Of a DNA stretch of 64,000 nt, positions 10,629-20,411 are shown one piece after another. The position numbers and the translations under genes are program-made. Each line of letters opens with the position of its first letter. Positions within the stretch are counted from its first letter, which is position 1. The stretch lies in contig MFTQ01000004.1 of NCBI GenBank assembly GCA_001785355.1, positions 3,612 through 67,611 of the forward strand, written 5' to 3'. This DNA comes from Candidatus Nomurabacteria bacterium RIFCSPHIGHO2_01_FULL_41_71. GTDB lineage: Bacteria > Patescibacteriota > Minisyncoccia > Phycocordibacterales > UBA9973. The notes below the pieces were generated by a model. The model was given only the letters and a program-made list of their open reading frames with translations, searched no databases and had not been told where the DNA came from.

Positions 10629-13031
10629 ATGGCGCGTAACCATTTTTTGCAAAAAAAAATTAGAATCGCTATTTTAACTGGAGGGCCTTCCCTGGAACGT
10701 GGAATTTCACTCAATTCCGCCCGCAGTGTGCTTGATCATCTGGGAAGTCTGGAGGTCGATGTCGTTCCAATCTATTTTGATGAAAAGAAAAAACCGTATA
10801 AAATATCCACTGCTCAGCTTTATTCCAACACCCCGAGCGATTTTGATTTTAAGCTTCGAAAAACGGGTAGATTCCTTTCCGAATCCGCCCTTATTCGCGT
10901 TTTAAAGAGTGTTGATATTGTTTTTCCCGCCATTCACGGCTCTTTTGGCGAAGATGGCGAAATTCAAAGTTTTCTTGAAAAACACAAAATACCTTTTATT
11001 GGAACCTCTTCCAAATCATGCAAAATAGCTTTTGATAAATTTCGAGCCAATGAATATATCCGCTCGCTTGGTTTTTATGCTCCGAATTCCATAGTGCTCA
11101 AAATTACCGATACCAAGAAAAATATTTTTAAAAAAATAACCGAATTTTGGAATAAAGAAAAAATAACTCGCGCCATAATAAAACCTTCTTCCGGAGGTTC
11201 GAGTATTGGTGTGTTTTCGGTAGAAAATATTTCCGATGCAGTGACAAGTGTTGAGACGCTTTTTCGGAAACGTATGGATACTCGGGTGGTGATGGAACCT
11301 TTTATGAAGGGCAAGGAATTCACGGTGATTATATTGGAAAACAGATTTAACCAAGCGGTGGCCATGATACCTTCGGAGATCGAGGTTGAATATGATGAAA
11401 ATCAATTTTTCGATTTTCGCAAAAAATATCTTCCTACTCGCCAAGTGACCTACCATTGTCCGCCGAGATTCGGGAATGAGATTATCGAAAAGATTCAGAT
11501 AGAAGCCGAACAGCTTTTTTCTGTTTTTGGTATGCGGGATTTTGCGCGTTTTGACGGGTTTTTCTTGCCGGACGGCAATGTATGGTTTTCGGATTTTAAT
11601 CCAATTTCTGGCATGGAACAAAACAGTTTTCTCTTTCAGCAATCTTCCAGAGTTGGTTTTTCTCACCGGGATTTATTTCGTTTCATCATAAATAACGCTT
11701 TTTTACGCAGGAAAATCAAAAAAACAATTAAAAATATTTCGCTGTCGGAAAAAAGAAAACCGGTAGCGGTGCTTTTTGGAGGAGAAACCGCGGAAAAACA
11801 AACATCTCTTATGAGCGGTACGAATGTCTGGCTTAAATTGCGGGGCTCCAAGCTTTATAAACCTCTTCCTTATCTTTTGGGAAAGGACAGAGAGGTCTGG
11901 GAATTGCCCTACTCGTATATTCTCAATCATACAGTGGAAGAAATAACAGAAAATGCCAAAAAGGCCCAAAAAGATTTTGCTAGGCTTCGTTTTCTTGTAG
12001 AAAAAGTAAAGCTTGGTCTCGCGCTAAAAAGGGGAGAAGTCACGGAAGAATTTTTTATACCCAGAAAGCTTTCGATCGGAGATCTTATCAAACAGCATAA
12101 ATTTATTTTTCTCGGCTTGCATGGAGGGATAGGAGAAGATGGAACTATCCAAAAAATACTTGAAGAAAAAAAAGTGAAATTCAACGGATCCGGAAGCGTT
12201 GCCTCAAAACTCTGCATGGACAAGTGGGCGACAAGCGAGACCATAGCGGAAGCTCATATTCCGGGCGTAAGCGTAGCCAAACATTTTTTACTCCGTCAGG
12301 GCGATATCGCCGAAATTATTAAAACAAAACAACAAAATAAATACTGGAATATGCTTTTGCAAAAGCTTGGCACAAGAACATTGATTGTCAAGCCTCGAGG
12401 AGATGGATGTTCGGCCGGAGTGGTAAGGCTCCAGAATTCAAAAGATTTATTTGCTTATCTTTCTTTAATTAGAAAAAAAATTCTGATGGTCCCGCCTGGG
12501 ACTTTTACCAGACAAAAAACTCCCGTAAATATGCCCGAGAACCCCTCCGATATAATTTTTGAATCTTTTATTGAAACAGATAAACTGAAAACAGTCGGGG
12601 GCGAAATTGTCTATGTCAGACGAAGCGGATATTTGGAAATAACGATAGGGGTGCTGGAAAAAGACGGCAGGCTAGAGGTTCTCTCCCCCTCTATTACTAT
12701 TGCTGAATCGGTAATTCTTGGCGTGGAGGAGAAGTTTCAAGGAGGCACGGGGGTAAATATTACTCCTCCACCGAAAGAAATAATTTCTCAAAAAAATTTA
12801 AATAAAGTCAAAAAACAAATTGAACAGGTGCTAAAAACGCTCAAAGTTCGAGGATATGCCAGAATCGATGTCTTTGTCCAAATAGCCACAGGGAATATAA
12901 TAGTGATAGAGGTCAATACCTTACCCGGACTTACTCCCTCGACTGTGTTTTACCACCAAGCTCTTGCGGAGAATTTTCCGATTCAACCCATTCAATTATT
13001 GGAAAAAATTATAAAAAATGCCGGCTATTGA
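10629..13031 (+). CDS. ddl: Tandem two-domain D-alanine--D-alanine ligase
   Basis: Two ATP-grasp Ddl units: GGPSLERGISL..HGSFGEDG..GGSSIG..FNPISG and GGETAEKQTSL..HGGIGEDG..GCSAG..EVNTLPGLTPST. Confidence 0.88.
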   Translation: MARNHFLQKKIRIAILTGGPSLERGISLNSARSVLDHLGSLEVDVVPIYFDEKKKPYKISTAQLYSNTPSDFDFKLRKTGRFLSESALIRVLKSVDIVFPAIHGSFGEDGEIQSFLEKHKIPFIGTSSKSCKIAFDKFRANEYIRSLGFYAPNSIVLKITDTKKNIFKKITEFWNKEKITRAIIKPSSGGSSIGVFSVENISDAVTSVETLFRKRMDTRVVMEPFMKGKEFTVIILENRFNQAVAMIPSEIEVEYDENQFFDFRKKYLPTRQVTYHCPPRFGNEIIEKIQIEAEQLFSVFGMRDFARFDGFFLPDGNVWFSDFNPISGMEQNSFLFQQSSRVGFSHRDLFRFIINNAFLRRKIKKTIKNISLSEKRKPVAVLFGGETAEKQTSLMSGTNVWLKLRGSKLYKPLPYLLGKDREVWELPYSYILNHTVEEITENAKKAQKDFARLRFLVEKVKLGLALKRGEVTEEFFIPRKLSIGDLIKQHKFIFLGLHGGIGEDGTIQKILEEKKVKFNGSGSVASKLCMDKWATSETIAEAHIPGVSVAKHFLLRQGDIAEIIKTKQQNKYWNMLLQKLGTRTLIVKPRGDGCSAGVVRLQNSKDLFAYLSLIRKKILMVPPGTFTRQKTPVNMPENPSDIIFESFIETDKLKTVGGEIVYVRRSGYLEITIGVLEKDGRLEVLSPSITIAESVILGVEEKFQGGTGVNITPPPKEIISQKNLNKVKKQIEQVLKTLKVRGYARIDVFVQIATGNIIVIEVNTLPGLTPSTVFYHQALAENFPIQPIQLLEKIIKNAGY

Positions 13032-13848
13032 AGAAAAAAGAATAAGTAAAAAAATAAATACCAGACCGATAGGAGTATTTGATTCCGGAGTCGGCGGGCT
13101 CTCCGTGCTTCTCAAATTAAAACGCCTGCTCCCAAAAGAAAATTTTGTTTTTCTTGCGGATCAGTTGTATGTGCCCTATGGAGAGAAAAATAAAAAGGAG
13201 CTTGTAAATCGAGTATATAAAATCACCGACTACCTACGGAAGCGCCATGATATCAAAATGATGGTAGTGGCTTGCAATACCGCTACCTGCGCGGCCATTG
13301 GGGAGTTACGAAACAAATATTCGCTTCCGATAGTGGGTACCGTGCCGGCGATTAAAAAAGCGGCAGAAAATACCAAGACAAAAAAAATAGCTGTTATTTC
13401 CACCCCTTCCACTTCCAAAAGTCTTGCTTTGCAAAAACTTATTAAGGATTATTGCCAAGGAATTAAAGTGTTGAATATAGGATGCAAAGATTTGGAAGAT
13501 GCGGTGGAACGCGGAGAGCTTATGGGTGGAGAGGTTCGCAGATTGCTTTTTAAATATTTGGATAGAATTAAAAATTCAAAAATTGACCAGCTTGTCTTGG
13601 GTTGCACTCATTATCCTTTTCTTAAGCAAGCAATAGTGAAAATAGTGGGTCCGGGGGTGAATCTTTTGGACGGCGGGGAAGGAATTGCCAGACATGCCAA
13701 ATCTCTCTTATCTAATTATCTGATGGAAAATAATGCGGAGAAAAAAGAAAAAATAATCTATTTAACCACAGGAGATCCGAAAAAATTTTCAAAAATAGCA
13801 AGCAAACTTATGAAAGAAAAAATTAAATCAAGGAAAGTTGCTTTTTAA
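13018..13848 (+). CDS. murI: Glutamate racemase
   Basis: FDSGVGGLSV, PYGEK, VACNTAT, VLGCTHYP. Confidence 0.97.
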   Translation: MPAIEEKRISKKINTRPIGVFDSGVGGLSVLLKLKRLLPKENFVFLADQLYVPYGEKNKKELVNRVYKITDYLRKRHDIKMMVVACNTATCAAIGELRNKYSLPIVGTVPAIKKAAENTKTKKIAVISTPSTSKSLALQKLIKDYCQGIKVLNIGCKDLEDAVERGELMGGEVRRLLFKYLDRIKNSKIDQLVLGCTHYPFLKQAIVKIVGPGVNLLDGGEGIARHAKSLLSNYLMENNAEKKEKIIYLTTGDPKKFSKIASKLMKEKIKSRKVAF

Positions 13849-13872
13849 TGTAATTTGTAATAACATATAGTT

Positions 13873-14031
13873 ATGTCTCAAGATCGACTTATAAAACTTG
13901 CTTGTTCCGCTTGTAAACGTATAAATTATTGGTCTGCCAAAAACAAGAAACTGGTAACTAAAAAAATCGAACTCAAAAAATATTGCAAGTGGTGCAAAAA
14001 ACAAACCAAGCACAAAGAAGCGAAGAAATAA
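13873..14031 (+). CDS. rpmG: 50S ribosomal protein L33 (Zn-ribbon type), absent from ORF track
   Basis: MSQDRLIKLACSACKRINYWSAKNKKLVTKKIELKKYCKWCKKQTKHKEAKK, 52 aa; next to tRNA-Trp. Confidence 0.95.
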   Translation: MSQDRLIKLACSACKRINYWSAKNKKLVTKKIELKKYCKWCKKQTKHKEAKK

Positions 14032-14088
14032 ATCAGTTTTTATTTTTTAACTTCTGATGTATAATCAGCTCGTTATTACCTAAATAAT

Positions 14089-14159
14089 GGGTGGTTAGTT
14101 AAGTGGCATAACTGCGGTCTCCAAAACCGCCGTCGGGGGTTCGATTCCCTCACCACCCG
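14089..14159 (+). tRNA. tRNA-Trp(CCA)
   Basis: Acceptor GGGTGGT/ACCACCC, anticodon arm GCGGT-CTCCAAA-ACCGC, GGTTCGATTCC T-loop; no encoded CCA. Confidence 0.96.
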
Positions 14160-14318
14160 CACGTTGAAATCAGCTGATTTTTTATGGGTTATTTTTTGAC
14201 GCTCTGAAAGGGAATGGAACTTTGTCTAGTATGTTAACCTCAGTTCGTCTAAGATAGTCAACCATTAATGCATCATTAACAGCTAGCACGAGACACATAG
14301 AAGTGCTAAAATCTATAA

Positions 14319-17300
14319 ATGAAAATGGAGTCGCCAGTTTTTACAGAAAGGTCTAAAAGGTCAAAAGAACCTTTGGAACCACACGATATTCCCTCGGCTA
14401 TGAGCCAGATTAAAGAGGGACAAGAACAAACTCCTGACCAAGAAAGAATCTTGATTGATATACAAACCTATCTTGATGCAGCTCATGATATTTTTGAAGA
14501 TATAGAAACTAAAAGACCAATATTACCAGACTTACCCGAAAGCCCTAGCGCAGAAGTGCCGCTTGATTTCTCTGAACTTTCTCGGCAGTTGAAATCTAAA
14601 TTAGCTCAATTAGACAAAATGACTTCTAGAAGTTTTGGAGCACAACATAGGCTAAGCGAAGCTGGTCATAGAAATAGACGAAGAATAGAAAAAGTAGAAG
14701 ACCCTGTGGATGAATATTCCAAATGGTCGAGTACCTTGGAAAGTCAGTATTCAAATGTAAATTCCCAAATTAAACCTCTCGAAGCCGCATTAGTTCTACA
14801 TCGAGAATGCCAAGAATTAGGTAAAGAATATAAAACTATAATAAGCAGAAGATTTTCGGTGCCTGAGAAAGATTTAAGAAATCAGATAGATAAATTACTA
14901 GAAGAGTGCCTTTCACAAATAAGAGCTTTAGGAAGAAATCCTTTAAAATACACCGAGAAGCTAGCATTAAAAAGAAAGTGTGCTGAATTTATTGATATCA
15001 CACACAAAGTATATTTGATTGAAAATCTTTTTCCCGAAATAAGACATTCAGGATATAACTATGCTCTTAGTTGGAAAGATGGTTTAAAATATGACATATC
15101 GATACCCGTTGGCCATCTGTACGAACAAGTAGGTGTGAATTTACGTTTAAAAATCAATCAGTTAAAAACTTTAATCGCAGAAAGCAAAAAAAAAGAAACA
15201 GACGCAATTTCTCCGAAAGATTTAGCAATTCTTAAAGGAGATTTTTTTACAAAATATGTCCTTCCTCACATTTCCAATCTTCCTCCAGATATTCAAGCCG
15301 AAATATTATCCGAATATAATGAAAAAGGAACTGTTTACTTAAATCGATATGGTGTAGAAGACAGAAATGCCGCGGAAAGAATATCTTATGCTAGAATGAA
15401 TGAAAAAATAGAAGACAGTTTTAAATCGCTTGCTGATTTGCTTCGTAATGGAGATCCTGTCGGTGAAGCTTATAAATTGATTAAGCAAGAATTACCGAAG
15501 TTAATGGAAGAGCGTCCTTTGAAATATGATTTTGATGATATTTCTCGAACTCGACTTGAAAGTCCTATAATGAGAGCGGTCAAAGAATTACCTCGGCTGA
15601 AAGTTTTTATGGAAAGCCATGTGTTCCTTAATGCTACACCCGAAGAGCGAGAGAGGTTTCTAGAAAATGCCAGAAGTTTGATAAGTGAATATCTAAGTCA
15701 AGGAAAAATTATTGAGCCTACATCTCTAGCGGATAAATTATTATCACATCCAAACCCCGCAATCGCTCTAGAAATCATAGATTCTAGCTCCAATGAAAGC
15801 CGTAGTAGAAGCAACGAAGCAATACTTTTTATTTTTCAGCTTTTTCGGGAAAGTTCGGTAGAATCTGAAAGAAGTATTTTATCGAATATGCTTCATCGGT
15901 TCACCAATGACATAACTACCTATCAAGATCAGATTGTTGAAATCTTGCCCAGCCAAAGTAAAAGTATATATATTTTAGGCAGAGAGCTACTAATGAAACT
16001 GGCCACTCAAAATATGCCTATACCGCCTTTGTTATGGGAGCGAATGGAATCATATTTGGAAGATACGGTTGAACATATGGAAAAGGAAAAGGATTATAAG
16101 ATTCTAGTTCCTATTCTTAACGAAATCGCCAACGGAAGTGAAGCAGGTAATAGATATTTTGCCAACGAAGCGCTCATGTTGGCTATATATAGACATTTAG
16201 GTAAGGCTAATTTTATGCTTCCTGACGGATTGTTATTCATTAAAGATTCTAAAAACATCAATCTTATTATCGAGGGTTATAGAAAATATTTTGGTATGCA
16301 AAGCATCGATTTACCAGATAGCGAAAAATTCCAACTTGCTTTTCAAAAAGGATTGACCATTACTCAGCTATTTTCTCATTATGACAATGATGTAGAGAGT
16401 TTCTTTGACGATAAATTATTTCAAAAACTTTATGAATATCCGGAACTTGAGAAGCTTCTGACTGATCTTATTAGTCGCATTCAAACATTAAGCGATAGAA
16501 CTATTATTTCTCGAATTTTTTATTCTGTTCTACCATTCCTTCTAGAGACAGCATTCGCCGTCGATTCCAAAGAAGGTGAAACCGAATTTACGGCTCGTCT
16601 GAATAGAATATCAGAGTATTATGAAAAAGTTCTAGAAAAAACTAAGGAAGAAAAAAGTGCTCTTCAATTTTACTTGGGCGATAGTGCTTGGGAAGTAATA
16701 AAATTTCATCCACATCCAACCGATCTTCTTCTAGAATTTCCCGAACAAGCTCCGCTTTTATTTAAGGAAGAGCAAAGAGGACTTCAGAATCTCATATCTT
16801 CGAATTTTAATGTGCTTATAAAGGATAAGACGGATATGATTTTTCTAAATCAACTTGTTGGTAGATTTGGAGGAAATGCTCCCCAGCTAATAACAGACTA
16901 TCTTCAATGTTTAAAAGAAGGCGCGCTCACATTGGACGAAAAAGGATTAGTCGAAGAATTTCTTGGAAAATTTAGAGTTCTTTCGCCTGCCATTATAAAT
17001 GGTTATCGAGAAGCAAAAGCATCGCATACAGAGGAAGTTTTCATTGCTGGTTTAGAATCGATTGCCGAGCATGCTACTGGGCAAGGTAATCCAACTGAAA
17101 CACAACGACAGTCTCCATTTTATAAAGATGTTTTAAGGGCCATTTATCAAAACAATTCCGGACAATGGACTACTTTCGAGAAGAATGAGAGCTGTAAAGA
17201 CAGGTCAGCGGATTTACAAGGCTTCAAAATAAAAGAACGTTATGAAATCGATCTTCTGGCGGCTGGAGATATTAAAATGAAGCCAGGAGCAGAATTAGAT

Positions 17301-18521
17301 CGGAAAGGAATGGCGCAACTTGAAGAAGGAGTTACTTATATAGCAGACGAATTTAAGGCAGCTAATTTTGATCCGGAAATAGTTAAGAAAAAGGTCAATG
17401 ACCGTATCGAAGAAGTCTTCAATTTATTTACTGGAAGCGAAGTATTAAAAGATCTTGATGTAACGTCACTGACGCTTGAGCAAAAATTATTTATTATTTT
17501 ATCAGAAACAACTTACGGAACACCTCCAATTGAACCCAGAGAAGTTAAAAAACTTCTTTTTGAATACGAATTTGCTAACTTCGAAGATATTCGGGAATAC
17601 ATTCAAGGTACAAACGATAGAGTAGCAACTGCTCAAAATCGAGATTATGCTCTCTTGTGCGAATTCCATAGTCTTTTTGCCGACAGAATCAAAGAAATCA
17701 ACCGCCGACTGATTACGGCCGGATGGGAAAATACCGAGATTGCTAAAAAAATGCCGGCATATTTTGCGCAATTATCAAAAAAACGTGGAGACGCCGCAAG
17801 GGTAGAAAAAATAAATAAATTACAAATTGGAAAACTCGGCTTGAATGATACATTTTTGAAACAAATGAAAAGAGTGTTGAATAAAAAAGCAGGCACCAAT
17901 TATTCTGACGAACAAGTACGGCAAATTATTGCTAGATATGAAAGAATGACATCTGGATTGACAGAAACTAGTACATCTACCAAAGGAAGAACTCGCGAAT
18001 TTGCCGGTCAATTACGCGGGCAAAAAGAGAAAACCAGAAAAGCATTAGAGTTACTAGACGGCAAAAAACTAAATCCGGAAGAATTCCGTTTGGGCCATTT
18101 AGATTTCAATCAATATCTTGATGCCGAAAATGCAATTGGAAAAGGAACGTACAACGATGAACAATTTGCTTCATACACACTTCAACAATTTATCGGTATT
18201 TTTACCGAAGAACGAGAATTTGTTGAGGGAGAACTTGATAAATTTATGACTTCTTCCGGGAAAAATCGAGCGCGGCTTAGTGGTTACATTTCCAAATCTC
18301 CTGAGACTGCTCACGCCCGTATGGTTGGTGGAGTATGCGTTTCCGGAGATAATCCAAATCGAGGAGAAAAAAACATGTGGGATATGGAAAATTATTTTCA
18401 GTTAGTTCTTCAAGATCCAGAAACTAAACGCTGCCAGGGTATAGTATTGCTCCATCATTTCGAAGAGAACGGCCAGAAAATTTTAACTGCAGCTTTTAAT
18501 CCCTATGGCAAATGGATTTGA
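14319..18521 (+). CDS. Large helical hypothetical protein (1400 aa), probably frameshifted near the C-terminus
   Basis: Long ORF; TG-C-TAAAAT 6 nt upstream; overlapping 68-aa ORF continues in another frame. Confidence 0.8.
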   Translation: MKMESPVFTERSKRSKEPLEPHDIPSAMSQIKEGQEQTPDQERILIDIQTYLDAAHDIFEDIETKRPILPDLPESPSAEVPLDFSELSRQLKSKLAQLDKMTSRSFGAQHRLSEAGHRNRRRIEKVEDPVDEYSKWSSTLESQYSNVNSQIKPLEAALVLHRECQELGKEYKTIISRRFSVPEKDLRNQIDKLLEECLSQIRALGRNPLKYTEKLALKRKCAEFIDITHKVYLIENLFPEIRHSGYNYALSWKDGLKYDISIPVGHLYEQVGVNLRLKINQLKTLIAESKKKETDAISPKDLAILKGDFFTKYVLPHISNLPPDIQAEILSEYNEKGTVYLNRYGVEDRNAAERISYARMNEKIEDSFKSLADLLRNGDPVGEAYKLIKQELPKLMEERPLKYDFDDISRTRLESPIMRAVKELPRLKVFMESHVFLNATPEERERFLENARSLISEYLSQGKIIEPTSLADKLLSHPNPAIALEIIDSSSNESRSRSNEAILFIFQLFRESSVESERSILSNMLHRFTNDITTYQDQIVEILPSQSKSIYILGRELLMKLATQNMPIPPLLWERMESYLEDTVEHMEKEKDYKILVPILNEIANGSEAGNRYFANEALMLAIYRHLGKANFMLPDGLLFIKDSKNINLIIEGYRKYFGMQSIDLPDSEKFQLAFQKGLTITQLFSHYDNDVESFFDDKLFQKLYEYPELEKLLTDLISRIQTLSDRTIISRIFYSVLPFLLETAFAVDSKEGETEFTARLNRISEYYEKVLEKTKEEKSALQFYLGDSAWEVIKFHPHPTDLLLEFPEQAPLLFKEEQRGLQNLISSNFNVLIKDKTDMIFLNQLVGRFGGNAPQLITDYLQCLKEGALTLDEKGLVEEFLGKFRVLSPAIINGYREAKASHTEEVFIAGLESIAEHATGQGNPTETQRQSPFYKDVLRAIYQNNSGQWTTFEKNESCKDRSADLQGFKIKERYEIDLLAAGDIKMKPGAELDRKGMAQLEEGVTYIADEFKAANFDPEIVKKKVNDRIEEVFNLFTGSEVLKDLDVTSLTLEQKLFIILSETTYGTPPIEPREVKKLLFEYEFANFEDIREYIQGTNDRVATAQNRDYALLCEFHSLFADRIKEINRRLITAGWENTEIAKKMPAYFAQLSKKRGDAARVEKINKLQIGKLGLNDTFLKQMKRVLNKKAGTNYSDEQVRQIIARYERMTSGLTETSTSTKGRTREFAGQLRGQKEKTRKALELLDGKKLNPEEFRLGHLDFNQYLDAENAIGKGTYNDEQFASYTLQQFIGIFTEEREFVEGELDKFMTSSGKNRARLSGYISKSPETAHARMVGGVCVSGDNPNRGEKNMWDMENYFQLVLQDPETKRCQGIVLLHHFEENGQKILTAAFNPYGKWI

Positions 18522-18711
18522 CCGGATAGAAGTTTCTAAAAGTAAAACAATCCGCACTAACCGGACTGGAGGAGAATTTGAACGTGAAATGGATCGACGA
18601 ATCACTGCAATTGGTGTCACTGATGCCTTTGCTGAACCTAGACAGTTCTCATTCAATCCGAACTATAATTTAAAAGACATGGACGTAATATGGGAGAAAA
18701 AAAAAGTATAG
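18505..18711 (+). pseudogene. Probable detached C-terminal fragment of the 1400-aa ORF
   Basis: Overlaps end of 14319..18521 in a shifted frame, protein-like composition, no own promoter or RBS. Confidence 0.55.
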
Positions 18712-18732
18712 AGAATTATTTCTTTTAAAATG

Positions 18733-18848
18733 TGCTAAAATAAGGCTTGTTTATTAGATTAAGCAATCAAATTAAATCCTTCAAAAACACTATTCCACTT
18801 AAGAATCATTGTTTGTATAGTGTTCCACTCCAGGATTTGAAAGCCCGC
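18733..18848. repeat. 116-bp direct repeat copy 1 (minus-strand peptide tail plus putative recombination core)
   Basis: Ungapped match to 19843-19958 with 18 mismatches by hand count. Confidence 0.92.
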
Positions 18849-19057
18849 ACAATTTAATTTCTTTTTCACTTTTAGTTTAGTGTTTTTGCTTTTAATATTT
18901 TCCCTTCAGAAACTTTCTAAGTTAAAAAACTTTTGAAGGGAGAGGGGTATGAACAAATCAATGCAAGAACCCCTCTTCTTATGTCTCACTACGCACGTGA
19001 GACCTGCGTCCTCATTTTTATAAAAACGGGGATAAAATTAAAGGACAGCGAAGGTCG

Positions 19058-19639
19058 CTACCACTCCGTGAACATGACCTTCCCGCCGTCATAGATAATC
19101 AGACGGCGGAAATTCATCCCAGGGATTCGGGTCAGAGCGAACTCGACATAACCCTTGTCTGCGTGATAGATGACCCCGTCTATCACTTGAGACTTCACGG
19201 CAAGGTGCGCCAAGTGCTGATGGGGTTGATTCCTGCCCTGATTCAGTGCGGGACAATCGAGAGTAACCAGGTCAATGTTCTGAATCTGGACGCCGTCAGC
19301 GCCGTGCCAGATCCCAACAATAACCCTAGTGCTATTCTGCACGTTCTGGAAGGTAAACGTGCAGAAGGGGACTTGACCATTCTCCCACAGCACTGCCGAC
19401 TTCCAGACTCCCTGGGCTCTCTTGACATCAAAATCCACCACTGGTTTTCCGTCAAGCACCTTGGGACAGGGACTCGCCATGTCAACAAGAATCCGTGCCA
19501 GATAGCGGATCGCGGGTTGGACATCCCTCTTGGCCAACCTTTCCAGCATTTCCGGACGTCCGCCCAAGGCGACGACCTCTTCCTCCAGTGCTTGCCAGAA
19601 CGACTTCCAGATGTCGCAGACGCGAATGAACTCCAACAT
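19058..19639 (-). CDS. Hypothetical protein, GC-rich orphan
   Basis: 193-aa ORF with GGGGG SD, upstream TG-T-TAAAGT -10 and structured leader; overlapping alternative ORFs lack these signals. Confidence 0.7.
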   Translation of the reverse strand: MLEFIRVCDIWKSFWQALEEEVVALGGRPEMLERLAKRDVQPAIRYLARILVDMASPCPKVLDGKPVVDFDVKRAQGVWKSAVLWENGQVPFCTFTFQNVQNSTRVIVGIWHGADGVQIQNIDLVTLDCPALNQGRNQPHQHLAHLAVKSQVIDGVIYHADKGYVEFALTRIPGMNFRRLIIYDGGKVMFTEW

Positions 19640-19764
19640 ATGTCCCCCGTTACGCGGCTGTGCCCTATGGTCTGGCTTAATTGCCAGAGCTGTGAGCTGT
19701 ACCGCCGCATTCGAGCATTACTTTAACATACCTTTCAAATAAATCAAGGCCATAAGGTAATGTG

Positions 19765-19777
19765 AAAGCGGGCTTTC
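19765..19777. repeat. 13-bp core AAAGCGGGCTTTC, inverted copy of 19949-19961
   Basis: Exact reverse complement of GAAAGCCCGCTTT. Confidence 0.75.
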
Positions 19778-19842
19778 CATTTTTACTTTCTGTTCTATGA
19801 CTCAATAGTTAACCCCTTTAATTTTTAAAGGTAATTAAAGTA

Positions 19843-19958
19843 TGCTAAAATAAGGCTGGTTTATTAGATTAATTTACCAGATTAAAACCCTGGAAAACAC
19901 TATTCCATTTTATAACCATATTTTCTATAGTGTTCCAGTCCAGGATTTGAAAGCCCGC
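19843..19958. repeat. 116-bp direct repeat copy 2
   Basis: See 18733-18848. Confidence 0.92.
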
Positions 19959-20018
19959 TTTGAGTGGAAATAGGCTTTTCAAGAAACTTGAATGGGTATA
20001 TACTTATGACGTAACTTT

Positions 20019-20411
20019 ATGAAATACGTTTTCACCACAATTTTAATTTTTAGCTTTATCGGCATAGCTGTGTTCGGTTTGTTACAGTTTAGTCATGCCA
20101 GTCACACACCCGAGGCGCCGATGATAAATTGTCCCTACGCAGAGAATAGTTACTCAATCTGCCAAAGTAGTCTTGATCATATCAAAAACTGGCGTCAATT
20201 TTCGAATGTGATTATTCCATCGCTATCCATTTTCTCACTTCTGGTTTTAGGAATAGTCTTGTATCTATTCGGTAAACAGAATCTTTTAAAACAAAACCAG
20301 TATTTTTATAAATGGAAATATTTTTTATACGATCAAAAGTTACATACCTACAAAGAAAGAATAATCAAATGGCTAGCACTTTTTGAAAATAGCCCCTCTC
20401 TTTCATATTAA
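20019..20411 (+). CDS. Membrane protein with His/Cys motifs, first gene of metal cluster
   Basis: Two TM segments, SHASH, NCPY, IC..LDH. Confidence 0.7.
   Translation: MKYVFTTILIFSFIGIAVFGLLQFSHASHTPEAPMINCPYAENSYSICQSSLDHIKNWRQFSNVIIPSLSIFSLLVLGIVLYLFGKQNLLKQNQYFYKWKYFLYDQKLHTYKERIIKWLALFENSPSLSY

Noticed and set aside
14223-14297. Imperfect hairpin after tRNA-Trp as an integron attC site
   Set aside because: No clear R''/R' boxes, no second copy and no integron integrase in the window.
19163-19742. Overlapping ORFs of 187, 155 and 70 aa
   Set aside because: Shadow frames of a GC-rich gene; only 19639 (minus) has a promoter and SD.
18733-19958. Repeat pair as CRISPR or purely a structured ncRNA
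   Set aside because: Only two long copies 1.1 kb apart and no cas genes. Some stems can be drawn (AACACTAT/ATAGTGTT), but the substitutions fit codon constraint better; ncRNA is kept only as an alternative.
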